A DNA stretch of 63,522 nucleotides, counting the filler, from Octopus bimaculoides (lineage: Eukaryota), in the NCBI RefSeq assembly GCF_001194135.2. It is 12 parts of 12 records of this genome, joined end to end, with 100 filler letters (N's around TTAATTAATTAA, not from the genome) between each part and the next. Parts side by side here need not be neighbours in the genome. Positions count along the whole stretch, not along the records: positions 1 to 2,396 come from NC_069009.1; positions 2,497 to 5,605 come from NW_026439791.1; positions 5,706 to 10,910 come from NC_069005.1; 9 more parts are not named here. One strand, 5' to 3'. Below, in pieces: positions 1 through 11,010 of the stretch. The position numbers and the translations under genes were made by a program. The notes below the pieces were generated by a model. It was not told the origin of the DNA, did not search any database, and saw nothing but the letters and a program-made list of their open reading frames with translations. Position 1 is the first letter of the stretch. The number at the start of each line of letters is the position of its first letter.

Positions 1-359
1 TGTGTGTGTGTGTGTGTGTATGAGCACAGGATGTCACGAAATGTTCCCACTATTCTATCCTATTACTCTGTCACTCTCTCTCTCCCTCACTTCTCCCATG
101 CTCATGTGGTTCCTACGTGATCATCGGCCATCTTTCTTTCTTCTCCTAACTTGTGTTTCTTTCTTTCTCTCTGTTGTAGCCGGAACAAGGAAGATATGTT
201 CTTGTCTGTCTCCTGTCCTAGCTTGAAATGAAATGGAATAATTAAAAAAAAATATATATATATATGTAATAAGACTGTGTGAAGCAAAAAATGTCAAAAG
301 GGGAGGTGTTGTGGGGGACACCCCGAGTGAGAGAAATGGGCTGTTCCATCACAAGCAAA

Positions 360-1618
360 TAGTGGACAGACAGCGAGGTACACCCCACAACATAGATTAG
401 TAGTTAGTGACTTCAGGATCAGGGCTAAATGGATGCTTAGAAGATGACCAGCATGGAGAAGAAGGGTCAGGAAGCTTAAGGATCCTGTGAATGGACAGAG
501 ATTTAGAGATGTATTACTCAAAGCTTTTGATGAAATAGAAGAGGATATAGCATCACATGACGACTAGAAGACAACTGGAGGTTCCTACAGGACAACCTGT
601 TGAGGGCCACTGACCAGATCTGTGGATGGTGCAAAGTCCCTTCTTGATCCAAGGTAACATGGTGGTGGAACAATGTAGCTGACAGGGCCATTATGGAAAA
701 GAAACAGGCATGGAAAGACTGGAAGAGCAGTGGTAGCAGGGAATTGTATCAGATTGCCAGAAGAGAAGCTAGGAGACAGGCTTATTTAGCCAAAGGGGAG
801 ACAGGTTTATTTAGCCAGAGGGGAAGCAGATAAGAAAAAATTTGCCAATGTTCTACATAATGAGGACCAACAACTTGAAGTGTTTTGTGTTGCAAGACAG
901 TGTGTGAGAGAGAATTGTGATGTCTTAGGAGAGAAATGTGTCTGCATGCATGAGGGTTCACTTGCATTTAATGAGGCTGCAAAGAGAGAGACTTGGAGAC
1001 GCACTATGAAAGGTTGGAAATGAAAAGAAGGAACAGGAGAAAGAGAGTCTGCCAAATGTCAACCCAACAGAGAGACCAGCTATCTGAATTGACAGTACCT
1101 TGGTAGATAAACCAATTAAGGGTATGAAGACAGACAACGCCCCCGGCCCATCAGGAATCACTGCAGAGATGCTCAAAATATCTGGCAGTATAGGCTATAG
1201 TCTAGTCACTCATATAGTTAACCAGGTGATACATGAAGGAGTCATACCCAATGACTGGTGTAGCAGCACCATAGTCAACTGCTACAAAGGTAAAGGTGAC
1301 GCCCTAGACACAAACAATTACAGAGGTATCAAGTTGTTGGATCAGGTAATGAAAGTCATGAATAGGGTCATAGCTCAACTAATTAGGGAGAGAATTAGAT
1401 GTTGGGATGAGATGCAGAGAAAAGTGCCACTGATGTTATATTTCTGGTAAGACAGCTGCAAGAGAAATACCTAGCCAAAGATAAACCTTTGTACCTGGCT
1501 TTCGTTGACATGGAGAAAGCCTTTGACAGGGTCCGCTGATCCTTTATCTGGTGGTCAGTGCAGGAACTAAGGATAGTTGAATGATTAGTGAGAGCTGTGC
1601 AAGCCATGTACAGGGATG
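360..1618 (+). mobile_element. Decayed RTE-clade LINE fragment (end of APE endonuclease, linker, N-terminal RT)
   Basis: Translates to QHRLVVSDFR (APE end), APGPSGITAEMLK...W....IV..YKGKGD....NYRGIKLL, then LQEKYLAKDKPLYLAFVDMEKAFDRV, with stops and frameshifts. Confidence 0.9.
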
Positions 1619-1629
1619 TTCGTTTAGTG

Positions 1630-1870
1630 GAAGGTGCTTGTAAAGACCTGAATATGACATACATAGGAGAAACATCTAGGAGCATTGCGGAATGATTAAA
1701 CAAACATTTGAGACAATATGACGACAAAAAACAGTCCTCCATACTCTACCAACATGCCAAAGACCAGCATGGAGGCAACTTGGGTCAACTTGACATCCGC
1801 ATCTTATCCAAGCACCCAAAAGACCCAACTCTAAGACAAATAAATGAAACTTCCCCAATACTAAATAGGA
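1630..1870 (+). mobile_element. GIY-YIG endonuclease fragment (Penelope-like element relic)
   Basis: Frame from 1639 reads CKDLNMTYIGETSRSIAE*LNKH...SILYQHAKDQH...LRQINE, i.e. the YIGET-R and S-L-H motifs of PLE GIY-YIG domains. Confidence 0.75.
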
Positions 1871-2496
1871 AATATACATAGATATCATACCCCCATACCC
1901 ACATTTTACACAGGTAAAGTAGAACAGTTGATGGGATTTTATGCAGATAGATGTATGTATGTCTGTGTGTGTGGGTGTATGTGTGTGTGTGTGTACATGC
2001 ACATGTATGTATATGTAAATAAACAGGTCTACATACAGATGGGTAGGTACATAGGGTATATGAACAGACAACCACATACGCAAATAGAGACTGAAACACA
2101 TGACCACATATACACACACACTTTACTTCACACAAAGACACATGTCCACACATATGGAGATGTGCACCCATACATACAAACATTGTACATAGCAAAACAC
2201 ACACACACACACACACACTCAGACATGCACACACAAGGAGACAGAGGTACATACATACATATACACACATGCACACACATACATAAAAAACACACAAACA
2301 CAGGAATATGCAGAATACATACATACATACATGCAAACGCACACACATACATATGTGCATACACACACATATATACATATGCACACACACAGACATNNNN
2401 NNNNNNNNNNNNNNNNNNNNNNNNNNNNNNNNNNNNNNNNTTAATTAATTAANNNNNNNNNNNNNNNNNNNNNNNNNNNNNNNNNNNNNNNNNNNN

Positions 2497-2535
<39 letters not shown>

Positions 2536-2784
2536 ACATACGCACTACTCCCTCACTGATACAGCTATGGCATTTCCTTCCAATAACTCTCTCCATTACC
2601 ACCATCCCGCAATATTCCGTGTATTTATTTACCTTGCCGGTTGCTGGACATATTTAACATTAAGTCAATATTGAATCTATCGGAAACTTTCCTCACCATA
2701 CGTGGCACCTCGACTGTAACAACGGTAACGTCAAAGACAGCAAACACCAACAGCAGCAGCTACACCGACCGGCAGCCATTGCCG

Positions 2785-2817
<33 letters not shown>

Positions 2818-3072
2818 TAGCCAATATCAATGCTAAAATCAATGATATAAATACAGTTTAATACCACTATAGATTAAATCTACTAGTTTGTTTATTTTAT
2901 TTATATATTTTGTTTTATTTATTCATGACTGTTTTCGTAACGGTTCAGTCCCAAATGATTTGGCAACATATTCTTTTGTTTATCTCAGGAATCAAATCAT
3001 CATCATCATCATCGTCATCATCATCATCATCATCATCATCATGATTATTATTATTATTATTATTAATATTAT

Positions 3073-3152
<80 letters not shown>

Positions 3153-3174
3153 TTATTATTATTATTATTATTCC

Positions 3175-3380
3175 AAGCGGCGAGCTGGCAAAATCTTTAG
3201 AGCATCAGATAAACTATCTGGCGTTATGTCTTTCAACTTATTACGTTCTGAGTTCAATTTCAACCGGGATCACTTTGCCTTTCATTCCTCCTGGTTTAAT
3301 GAAATGATGTACTAACTGTGTATTGGGATCGACGCCATCGACTTCACCCTTCCTACCAAGATTGCTGGCCCTCTGCCAAC
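3175..3380 (+). mobile_element. SINE copy, family with head GGCGGCGAGCTGGCAGAA and body TTCTGAGTTCAAATT...GACTTTGCCTTTCATCC
   Basis: Similar copies at about 16627, 17685, 19140, 39140, 40140 (-), 56030 (-) and 56800. Confidence 0.7.
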
Positions 3381-3721
3381 AAAGAGAAAGGATCGTCATC
3401 ACTGCAGGTCGCTCCTTTCATTTGTCGACTGGTGATCACCAATGATTTGTAGACTGTAACTCCACATCAAGCAGTAACGAAGATCCTTAATGGTAACCAA
3501 GGAATTGTCTTCATACCACCACAGTAGACACTTTCTTCTAACTGTCCCTGCAACTACCATACCAAACCGGATCCAGCTCCATTCCCCAGTTCGGTGATTT
3601 CACTCTTGTAAATCACGTGCTTGTCTTCCGCCTTTCTGAGATCCATGACTCAGCAGGTCGAGGAATCGAGTCGACTTCATTGACGAAACCCGTCAGTTTT
3701 TGTTCGGTGATTATATTATCT

Positions 3722-4160
3722 TTTATCATTTAATTGCTTCAGCCATTAGACTGCGGCCATGCTGGGGCATCATCTTCAATAACTTTTAGTCGAATGAATC
3801 GACTCCAGCACATTTTTTTTCAAGCCTGTTACTTACTCTATCGATCTTTTTTTTTGCCGTACCGCTAAGTTAGAGAAACCCAAACACACACCCGTTGTCA
3901 AGCTGTGAACAAACACATGTATGTATGTATGTATGTATGTATGTATGTATGTATGTATGTATGTTTGTATTTATGTATGTATGTATGTATGTATGTATGT
4001 TTGTATTTATGTATGTATGTATGTATATCCGACTAGCTTCTTTCAAGGCTTTGGTCGGCCCAAGGTTATAGTAGAAGACTACTATTCAAGGTGCCACGCA
4101 GTGGGATTGAACCCGGAATCATGTGGTTGGGAAGCAAGCTTCTTACCACTCAGCAACACC
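3722..4160 (-). mobile_element. tRNA-headed SINE (GGCGCAGGAGTGGCTGTGTGG family) with internal (TATG)n
   Basis: Reverse complement matches the copies at 46200 and 57740. Confidence 0.7.
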
Positions 4161-4614
4161 GACATATTTGTAAAGGAAATGCAGCGATCAATTGAATCAG
4201 CCATTGATATGTGACTGATAAATATTTTATCGAACCTGGAGGGATAAAAGACAAATTCGATCTCAGTGGGATAAGAACTTAGAAAGGAGTGGATAATATT
4301 ATATCGAAATATCCTCGCACCCGAAACACTTTAGCCTGTTCTCTCCTGTTTTCTGTTCATAAGATCAAAATATTTAGAATATGTTGTTTCATATCCCATA
4401 ATTCAATGTTGTTATTTTAAAGGAGAAATATAGAATATAAAACGCAAAATATAAAATATAGAACGCAATCAAAAGGTCACCCTTTTCTTGAAATAATTTT
4501 CAAAGGATAAAAAGAATTCTTTAAAATATTCTCAAACAGATACTTAAATGGTAAACACTTTTCATCCAAATTAAAATTTAAAAAAATACACATTCAAAAC
4601 CAAAAAATACATAT

Positions 4615-4798
4615 AGGCGCAAGAGTGGCTGTGTGGTAGGACGCTTGCTTCCCAATCATATAATACCGGGTTCAGTCCCACTGCATGACACCTTGGGCAA
4701 GTGTCTTCTACAATAGCTTCGGGCCGACCAAAGCTTGTGAGTGGATTTGGTAGGCGGAAACTGTAAGAAGCCCGTTGTGTATACATATACATACATAT
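4615..4798 (+). mobile_element. tRNA-headed SINE, 5' part
   Basis: A-box-like TGGCTGTGTGG and B-box-like GGTTCAGTCCC; same family as 46200 and 57740. Confidence 0.8.
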
Positions 4799-5171
4799 NN
4801 NNNNNNNNNNNNNNNNNNNNNNNNNNNNNNNNNNNNNNNNNNNNNNNNNNNNNNNNNNNNNNNNNNNNNNNNNNNNNNNNNNNNNNNNNNNNNNNNNNNN
4901 NNNNNNNNNNNNNNNNNNNNNNNNNNNNNNNNNNNNNNNNNNNNNNNNNNNNNNNNNNNNNNNNNNNNNNNNNNNNNNNNNNNNNNNNNNNNNNNNNNNN
5001 NNNNNNNNNNNNNNNNNNNNNNNNNNNNNNNNNNNNNNNNNNNNNNNNNNNNNNNNNNNNNNNNNNNNNNNNNNNNNNNNNNNNNNNNNNNNNNNNNNNN
5101 NNNNNNNNNNNNNNNNNNNNNNNNNNNNNNNNNNNNNNNNNNNNNNNNNNNNNNNNNNNNNNNNNNNNNNN

Positions 5172-5438
<267 letters not shown>

Positions 5439-5706
5439 AATACTAAAATTGATTTAAGGATGCAGCATTTGAAATGGGGTAGAAATGGGTGGCATGGAAC
5501 GTGTAAATGACTTGGTAGACACACCCAATAAAGTAAATTACGCATACACAGACACACGCACTCACATACACCCACGCACACACATGCACACACATGCACA
5601 CACACNNNNNNNNNNNNNNNNNNNNNNNNNNNNNNNNNNNNNNNNNNNNTTAATTAATTAANNNNNNNNNNNNNNNNNNNNNNNNNNNNNNNNNNNNNNN
5701 NNNNNG

Positions 5707-6000
5707 GAATGATAAAAAAAGGTACTGAAATCTATTTGAAAATGATACCAGGCTTACCATCCCTACAGGAAGTGCAAAAAATAGTGCTAACTGGAACGAC
5801 TCATGTACTGAGAAGAGCATTATCGCTGTGAAAACAACATCCATTCATGAATTTTTTCTTTCTTTTTTTCTTAAATACATGTTTTACCTGTGAATTTGCG
5901 TATGTAAACTGGGAATGCATACAACGAGTTTCTCTGCCCTAGCTGTACGGAAAACACTCGGCGAGAAATGGAAGAAAATTTGAAGAAAGAAGAAAAAAAA
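5707..6000 (+). mobile_element. 3' end of R4/Dong-type RLE retrotransposon, near-identical to 6968-7256
   Basis: Encodes ...IPGLPSLQEVQKIVLTGTTHVLRRALSL* followed by a 3' UTR ending at a (TAA)n tract. Confidence 0.8.
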
Positions 6001-6100
6001 CAATATAATAATAATAATAATAATAATGAGCAAAATAAGCAGAGAGCTTTCATCAAAGAATAATAACAGCAACAACAACAATAACAATAATAATAACATT

Positions 6101-6500
6101 CTGCTCAATACCACAGATTTGCTTATTAGTTGCTTGACCATAACCAGTTGAGCATATCCCTTAGTGGCTGACGATATGTGCATCTCTGCTCACGAGCGGA
6201 AGTAGTGGAGCAGCATCGTAGCAATGCGTCGAGGGGAATTCTTTGGGGTTTGGATAATTCACCTTTGGAAACAAGGGTGTTTTGTTCAACAACCCTTATT
6301 CAGGGACCTTTTGAGCGGGATGGGCTACTCGACCCGAAGAAGATTCTAACTGCAAGGCCATGCAAGGTCATGCGCTGTTTATCTTGATATGTGATCACTA
6401 TATCGCGCACATATGGATGTGATGCATGTGCCTGGTGTACCCTTACAAGACGGGTAGTCATGATCGGTATACTGCGCTTCGTATATTTTACTCCCTCTAA
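6101..6500 (+). mobile_element. Non-coding interspersed element flanked by (AAC/TAA)n; related copies at 8530-9261, 9328-9420 and 10160-10248
   Basis: Shared segments such as CCTTATTCAGGGACCTTT.GAGCGGGATGGGCTACTCGACC and GATGCATGTGCCTGGT.TACCCTTA..GACGGGTAGTCATGAT; no ORF. Confidence 0.7.
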
Positions 6501-6509
6501 ATAATAAAC

Positions 6510-6572
<63 letters not shown>

Positions 6573-6575
<3 letters not shown>

Positions 6576-7256
6576 GCAGAGAGTGAAGGTTTCATATTGG
6601 CTGCTCAAGATCAAAGCTTATTAACCCGGAACTACCAAGCCAATGTGTTATGACATGACAGAGTTGGCCAGTATTTACACTGGACCATATGTCAGCATTA
6701 TAAAATCAAAACCGCTGACAAATGGTATAAACACCATCCTTAAGCTGTGACTGAGGGAGAAAATGTATCGATTCTCTGGGACTTCCCCGTACATACTGAC
6801 AAGACTATAAAAACTAATAAACCGGATATTATTATAAAAGATCAGACAAAGAAGACGTGTTTATTAATTGACATGAGTATTCCCTCTGATCATAATATAG
6901 CGGCGAAAGAATTTGACAAGATCAGTAAATATAAAAACTTNNNNNNNNNNTGATTGTAGGATCTCTAGGAATGATAAAAAAAGGTACTGAAACCTATTTG
7001 AAAATGATACCAGGCTTACCATCCCTACAGGAAGTGCAAAAAATAGTGCTAACTGGAACGACTCATGTACTGAGAAGAGCATTATCGCTGTGAAAACAAC
7101 ATCCATTCATGAATTGTTTTTTCTTAAATACATGTTTTACCTGTGAATTTGCGTGTGTAAACTGGGAATGCATACAACGAGTTTCTCTGCCCTAGGTGTA
7201 CGGAAAACACTCGGTGAGAAATGGAAGAAAATTTGAAGAAAGAAGAAAAAACAACA
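6573..7256 (+). mobile_element. 5'-truncated R4/Dong-type non-LTR retrotransposon (RLE domain), copy A
   Basis: KAESEGFILAAQDQSLLTRNYQANV...HDRVGQYLHWTIC...ILWDFPVHTDKTIKTNKPDIIIKD..KKTCLLIDMSIP (PD..D RLE motif). Starts and ends in (TAA)n. Confidence 0.9.
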
Positions 7257-7295
7257 TAATAATAATAATAATAATGCAGTACCAGGTAGTGACTC

Positions 7296-8458
7296 CTTAG
7301 ATATGGAGCAGGTGTAATCCCATGGACAGTAGACAAACTAAACAGCTTAGACAGAAAGAGAAGGAAGTTGCTAACTAGATATGGGACACTCCACCCAAAG
7401 TGACACAAACAGACTGTATGTGCCAAGAAAAAGAGCGGGAAGAGGACTTATTGGATGCGAACACAGCATTAAAGTAGAAAAAAACAGCATAGCATGATAT
7501 GTAAAAAATGCCACAGAACCGCTATTATTAGAAGTAAGAAGGTCAGGCTTGTGTAGGATGAAAGATTGCAAAGATAAAACACTGTACAAGCAATTGAAGA
7601 CAAATGAAACTGAAAATAGATGGGTAAAGAAAAGAATTCATGGACAATTTCATAGGAACGTTGAAGATAAGACAGGCAGAGAAAAAAGATGGCTGTGGAT
7701 GACTAAAAGTGATTTAAAACCGGAAATGGAGGCTCTAATCTGTGCTGCCCAAGTGCAAGCACTAAGAACAAACTACATAAAATACAGTGTCGGCAACAGC
7801 AGAAAGTGATAAGTACAGAATCTGTGGGCAAAATGGTGAAACCGTATGGCATATTACCAGCCAATGTACGCCAGTAGCGCAGAAGGAATATAAGAGATGC
7901 CACGACAACATAGCCAGGTTTGTCCATTGGACACTTTGCAACAAATGTTGACTTGACAGAGAAAAACACTGGTACGTCCACAAACTCGAAGGCATCGAAA
8001 ATGATAATGCAAAGATCCTATGGGATTTTATGATTCAGTGCGACCATGAGATAGAGAATAGGAAGCCAGACATAATCTTAATTGAGAAAGAAAGCAAACT
8101 ATGCTGGATCATAGATATAACATGTCCAGCTAACAACAAGGTATGCGATAAGGAAGAAAGGTATGACAGGTATGACAGGTTAGCTTGGGAGGTAAAGCAG
8201 TAGTGGTCGATGATAAAGGTAGCAGTAGTACCAATAATTGTCGGAGCCCTGGGGACAGTGAGCAAAAATCTCGAGAAGTATGTGGAACAAATAGGGGCTG
8301 CAGTAAGGGTGGAGCACTTGCAGAAAACAGAACTGCTTGGAACTGCCCGAATACTCTGGAAGGTGCTCGAAAAATAAGAGGTGTTACCTTAGTTCACTGG
8401 TGGTGAACAGCTGACACTGTAGTACATCTCCAGCGTTAGAAGCTGTGCAAAGGAAATG
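7296..8458 (+). mobile_element. 5'-truncated R4/Dong-type non-LTR retrotransposon, second subfamily (copy B)
   Basis: RT C-terminus LYVPRKRAGRGL, HGQF, EALICAAQ.QALRTN, CCHC remnant (CG..GETVWHI...C), ILWDFMIQCDHEIENRKPDII...LCWIIDITCP. Ends at (TAA)n. Confidence 0.9.
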
Positions 8459-8464
8459 ATAATG

Positions 8465-8527
<63 letters not shown>

Positions 8528-9260
8528 TACAGTACCAGGCAGTGGCTCTCATGGCTTCTGATCTTAATTGATTGGAAGTGTTATCATGTACATTGTTTTG
8601 TCTTGGTATAAAAGNNNNNNNNNNNNNNNNNNNNNNNNNNNNNNNNNNNNNNNNNNNNNNNNNNNNNNNNNNNNNNNNNNNNNNNNNNNNNNNNNNNNNN
8701 NNNNNNNNNNNNNNNNNNNNNNNNNNNNNNNNNNNNNNNNNNNNNNNNNNNNNNNNNNNNNNNNNNNNNNNNNNNNNNNNNNNNNNNNNNNNNNNNNNNN
8801 NNNNNNNNNNNNNNNNNNNNNNNNNNNNNNNNNNNNNNNNNNNNNNNNNNNNNNNNNNNNNNNNNNNNNNNNNNNNNNNNNNNNNNNNNNNNNNNNNNNN
8901 NNNNNNNNNNNNNNNNNNNNNNNNNNNNNNNNNNNNNNNNNNNNNNNNNNNNNNNNNNNNNNNNNNNNNNNNNNNNNNNNNNNNNNNNNNNNNNGGTGTT
9001 TTGCTCAACATCCTTAAACAAACCTTATTCAGGGACCTTTCGAGCGGGATGGGCTACTCGACCTGAAGAAAATTCTAACTGGGCCCCACCTGCGAGGTCA
9101 TGCGCTGTTTATCTTGATATGAGATCACCATGTCGCACACATATGGTTGTGATGCATGTGCCTGGTATACCCTTATCGGACGGGTAGTCATGATGGGTAT
9201 AATGGGCTTCGTATATTTTACCCCAGTGTCACTTTGATGGCATGCACTGCTCACTCACTC

Positions 9261-9327
<67 letters not shown>

Positions 9328-10341
9328 CAGTTCCAGGTAATGACTCTCATGACTTCTGTTCTTAACTCATTGGAAGTGTCGTCATTTATATGTTTTGTCT
9401 TTATGTAAATGATAGTATTTCTTAATGTAAGTCATCTAGGAAAACCGAACGACTTTTCCCAACAACTGGTGGAGCTGCGATATCAAAATTATGCGTTACC
9501 GCAGCGAATCAGGTGCAAGAGAGTGTAAACAACACGAAGAGCTGCGAGATCCATTGTAAACAAAACTGGGAACTAAACCGTGAGTGCTACTAGAATTAAT
9601 TGTCTATGCACTCTCATGACTATACATATGCACATTTCTGTTCCTGGCTTACAAATCAACAAATGTAGTTCTATACAACACATGCACGAACACGTGAAGA
9701 AAACAAACATCGAATACACGGTATTTAAATGACTTTAACAAAACATACAAGAAGTTTCTTTTTAAAGAGTGAAAAAGAGCAGTTGTGCTCGCTGATAAAG
9801 CTATCAAGTAGAGAAAAGCAGCGGGGAAGTTCGGTCTGTGAGCCTCGAGAAATCGTCATACAAAAGAAGCCTTAACACATCCAGAGGCGGTGTTCTGTCA
9901 AAAAGTTAACACTGAACAGATGTGCCTGTGTCTTAATGTCTCTGACCAAAGGAAAAATATAGCCAAAAGTGAGCGATAGACAGACGACGACGACATTGAA
10001 GTGCTAAATGCCTTCTACAATGCAACACTATACCCAAACGGAAAGATAAATGAAACATATAAGATATGGAAGAAGAGTAATAAAAATATAAGAGAAAATA
10101 CACTTGCATATGATTGTGATGTACTCATAATGGTGTACACATAATAGGTTTACTAGTGTAATCATGACGGGTAGACATGATGGGTTTACTGGACTTCGTA
10201 TCATTTGTGCCAGTGTCACTCTGATGGTATGCACTGCTCTCCCACTCAATAATAACGATAATAATAATCCTTTCTATTAAAGGCATAAGGGCTGAAATTT
10301 TGGGAGAAGGGACAGAATTTTCCGCAGCTCGTCACACTGAC

Positions 10342-10454
10342 CTTGGAGTTCTGTAGAGGATTAGCAGCAGGCAATGGTGACGATGTTCTCGGGGTATCTC
10401 TTGGCATCGGAGATCAATTGCTTGATCGTTTCTGGAGGACTTTCGGGCTGGAAC
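10342..10454 (-). CDS. Candidate exon carrying the stop codon of an unidentified gene: (R)FQPESPPETIKQLISDAKRYPENIVTIACC* (TAA at 10363-10361)
   Basis: Acceptor ttatttgccatag|G; donor CAAG|gtcagt 19 nt after the stop; GC3-rich codons with an antisense shadow ORF; phase matches the 24-nt exon at 10693-10716. Confidence 0.5.
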
Positions 10455-10692
10455 CTATGGCAAATAACCGGAAATTCGACGTTTCAGACTGCTGCCCTTT
10501 GGCACGATGGTAAAACAAATAAAATAAATAAGTACCAGACATAAAAAAGAAAACATGTTTTGGGGTCGGGTTATTCGACTAAGCACTTCAATGATGTACC
10601 CCAGGATAGCCGTGGTCTAATGAATGAAATAAATAAAAGGTAAGAGGAATATCTTATTTTTAATTTATGAATAAAAGCTTTCAAGGTGTTAC

Positions 10693-10716
10693 CTCAGCAC
10701 GGCGACAGTCCACTTA
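10693..10716 (-). CDS. Candidate 24-nt micro-exon, xKWTVAVL(R), phase 2-2
   Basis: Strong polypyrimidine acceptor cttctttatcttcttttaattgttccag| and donor GAG|gtaaca; joins in frame to 10454. Confidence 0.5.
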
Positions 10717-11010
10717 CTGGAACAATTAAAAGAAGATAAAGAAGATAGGTATTTTTTTTACATCAAAGTAATGAAACCCAATAATACTTTAAAATATTTT
10801 GCATCAAATTTAGTTCGTTGTAGATGTGTAAATACGGGATCTATTGTTTTACGTGATAGATTTGATATAACTATTTATGTATTGACGACAAAATGACCGG
10901 GAAACAAAGCNNNNNNNNNNNNNNNNNNNNNNNNNNNNNNNNNNNNNNNNNNNNTTAATTAATTAANNNNNNNNNNNNNNNNNNNNNNNNNNNNNNNNNN
11001 NNNNNNNNNN

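Noticed and set aside
1785-2452. Long His/Thr/Cys/Val-rich ORFs here and at about 15.2, 19.7, 24.5, 31.2-32.1, 38.0, 48.3 and 60.9 kb
   Set aside because: Translations of (CA)n/(TA)n/(TG)n microsatellites and N gaps.
2396-2496. TTAATTAATTAA flanked by N runs, recurring at least a dozen times (e.g. 5650, 10955, 13381, 16363, 25174, 49575, 55390, 56983, 59251, 61412)
   Set aside because: Scaffolding spacer with stops in all six frames; an assembly artefact, not a biological repeat or CRISPR-like array.
2670-2790. Minus-strand MAAGRCSCCCWCLLSLTLPLLQSRCHV with donor-like TG|gtgagg, resembling a signal peptide
   Set aside because: Very short, partly (GCT)n-derived, and no linked exon found; not supportable.
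2888-3307. 139-aa hydrophobic ORF
   Set aside because: Built from (CAT)/(TAT)/(TAC)n plus a SINE.
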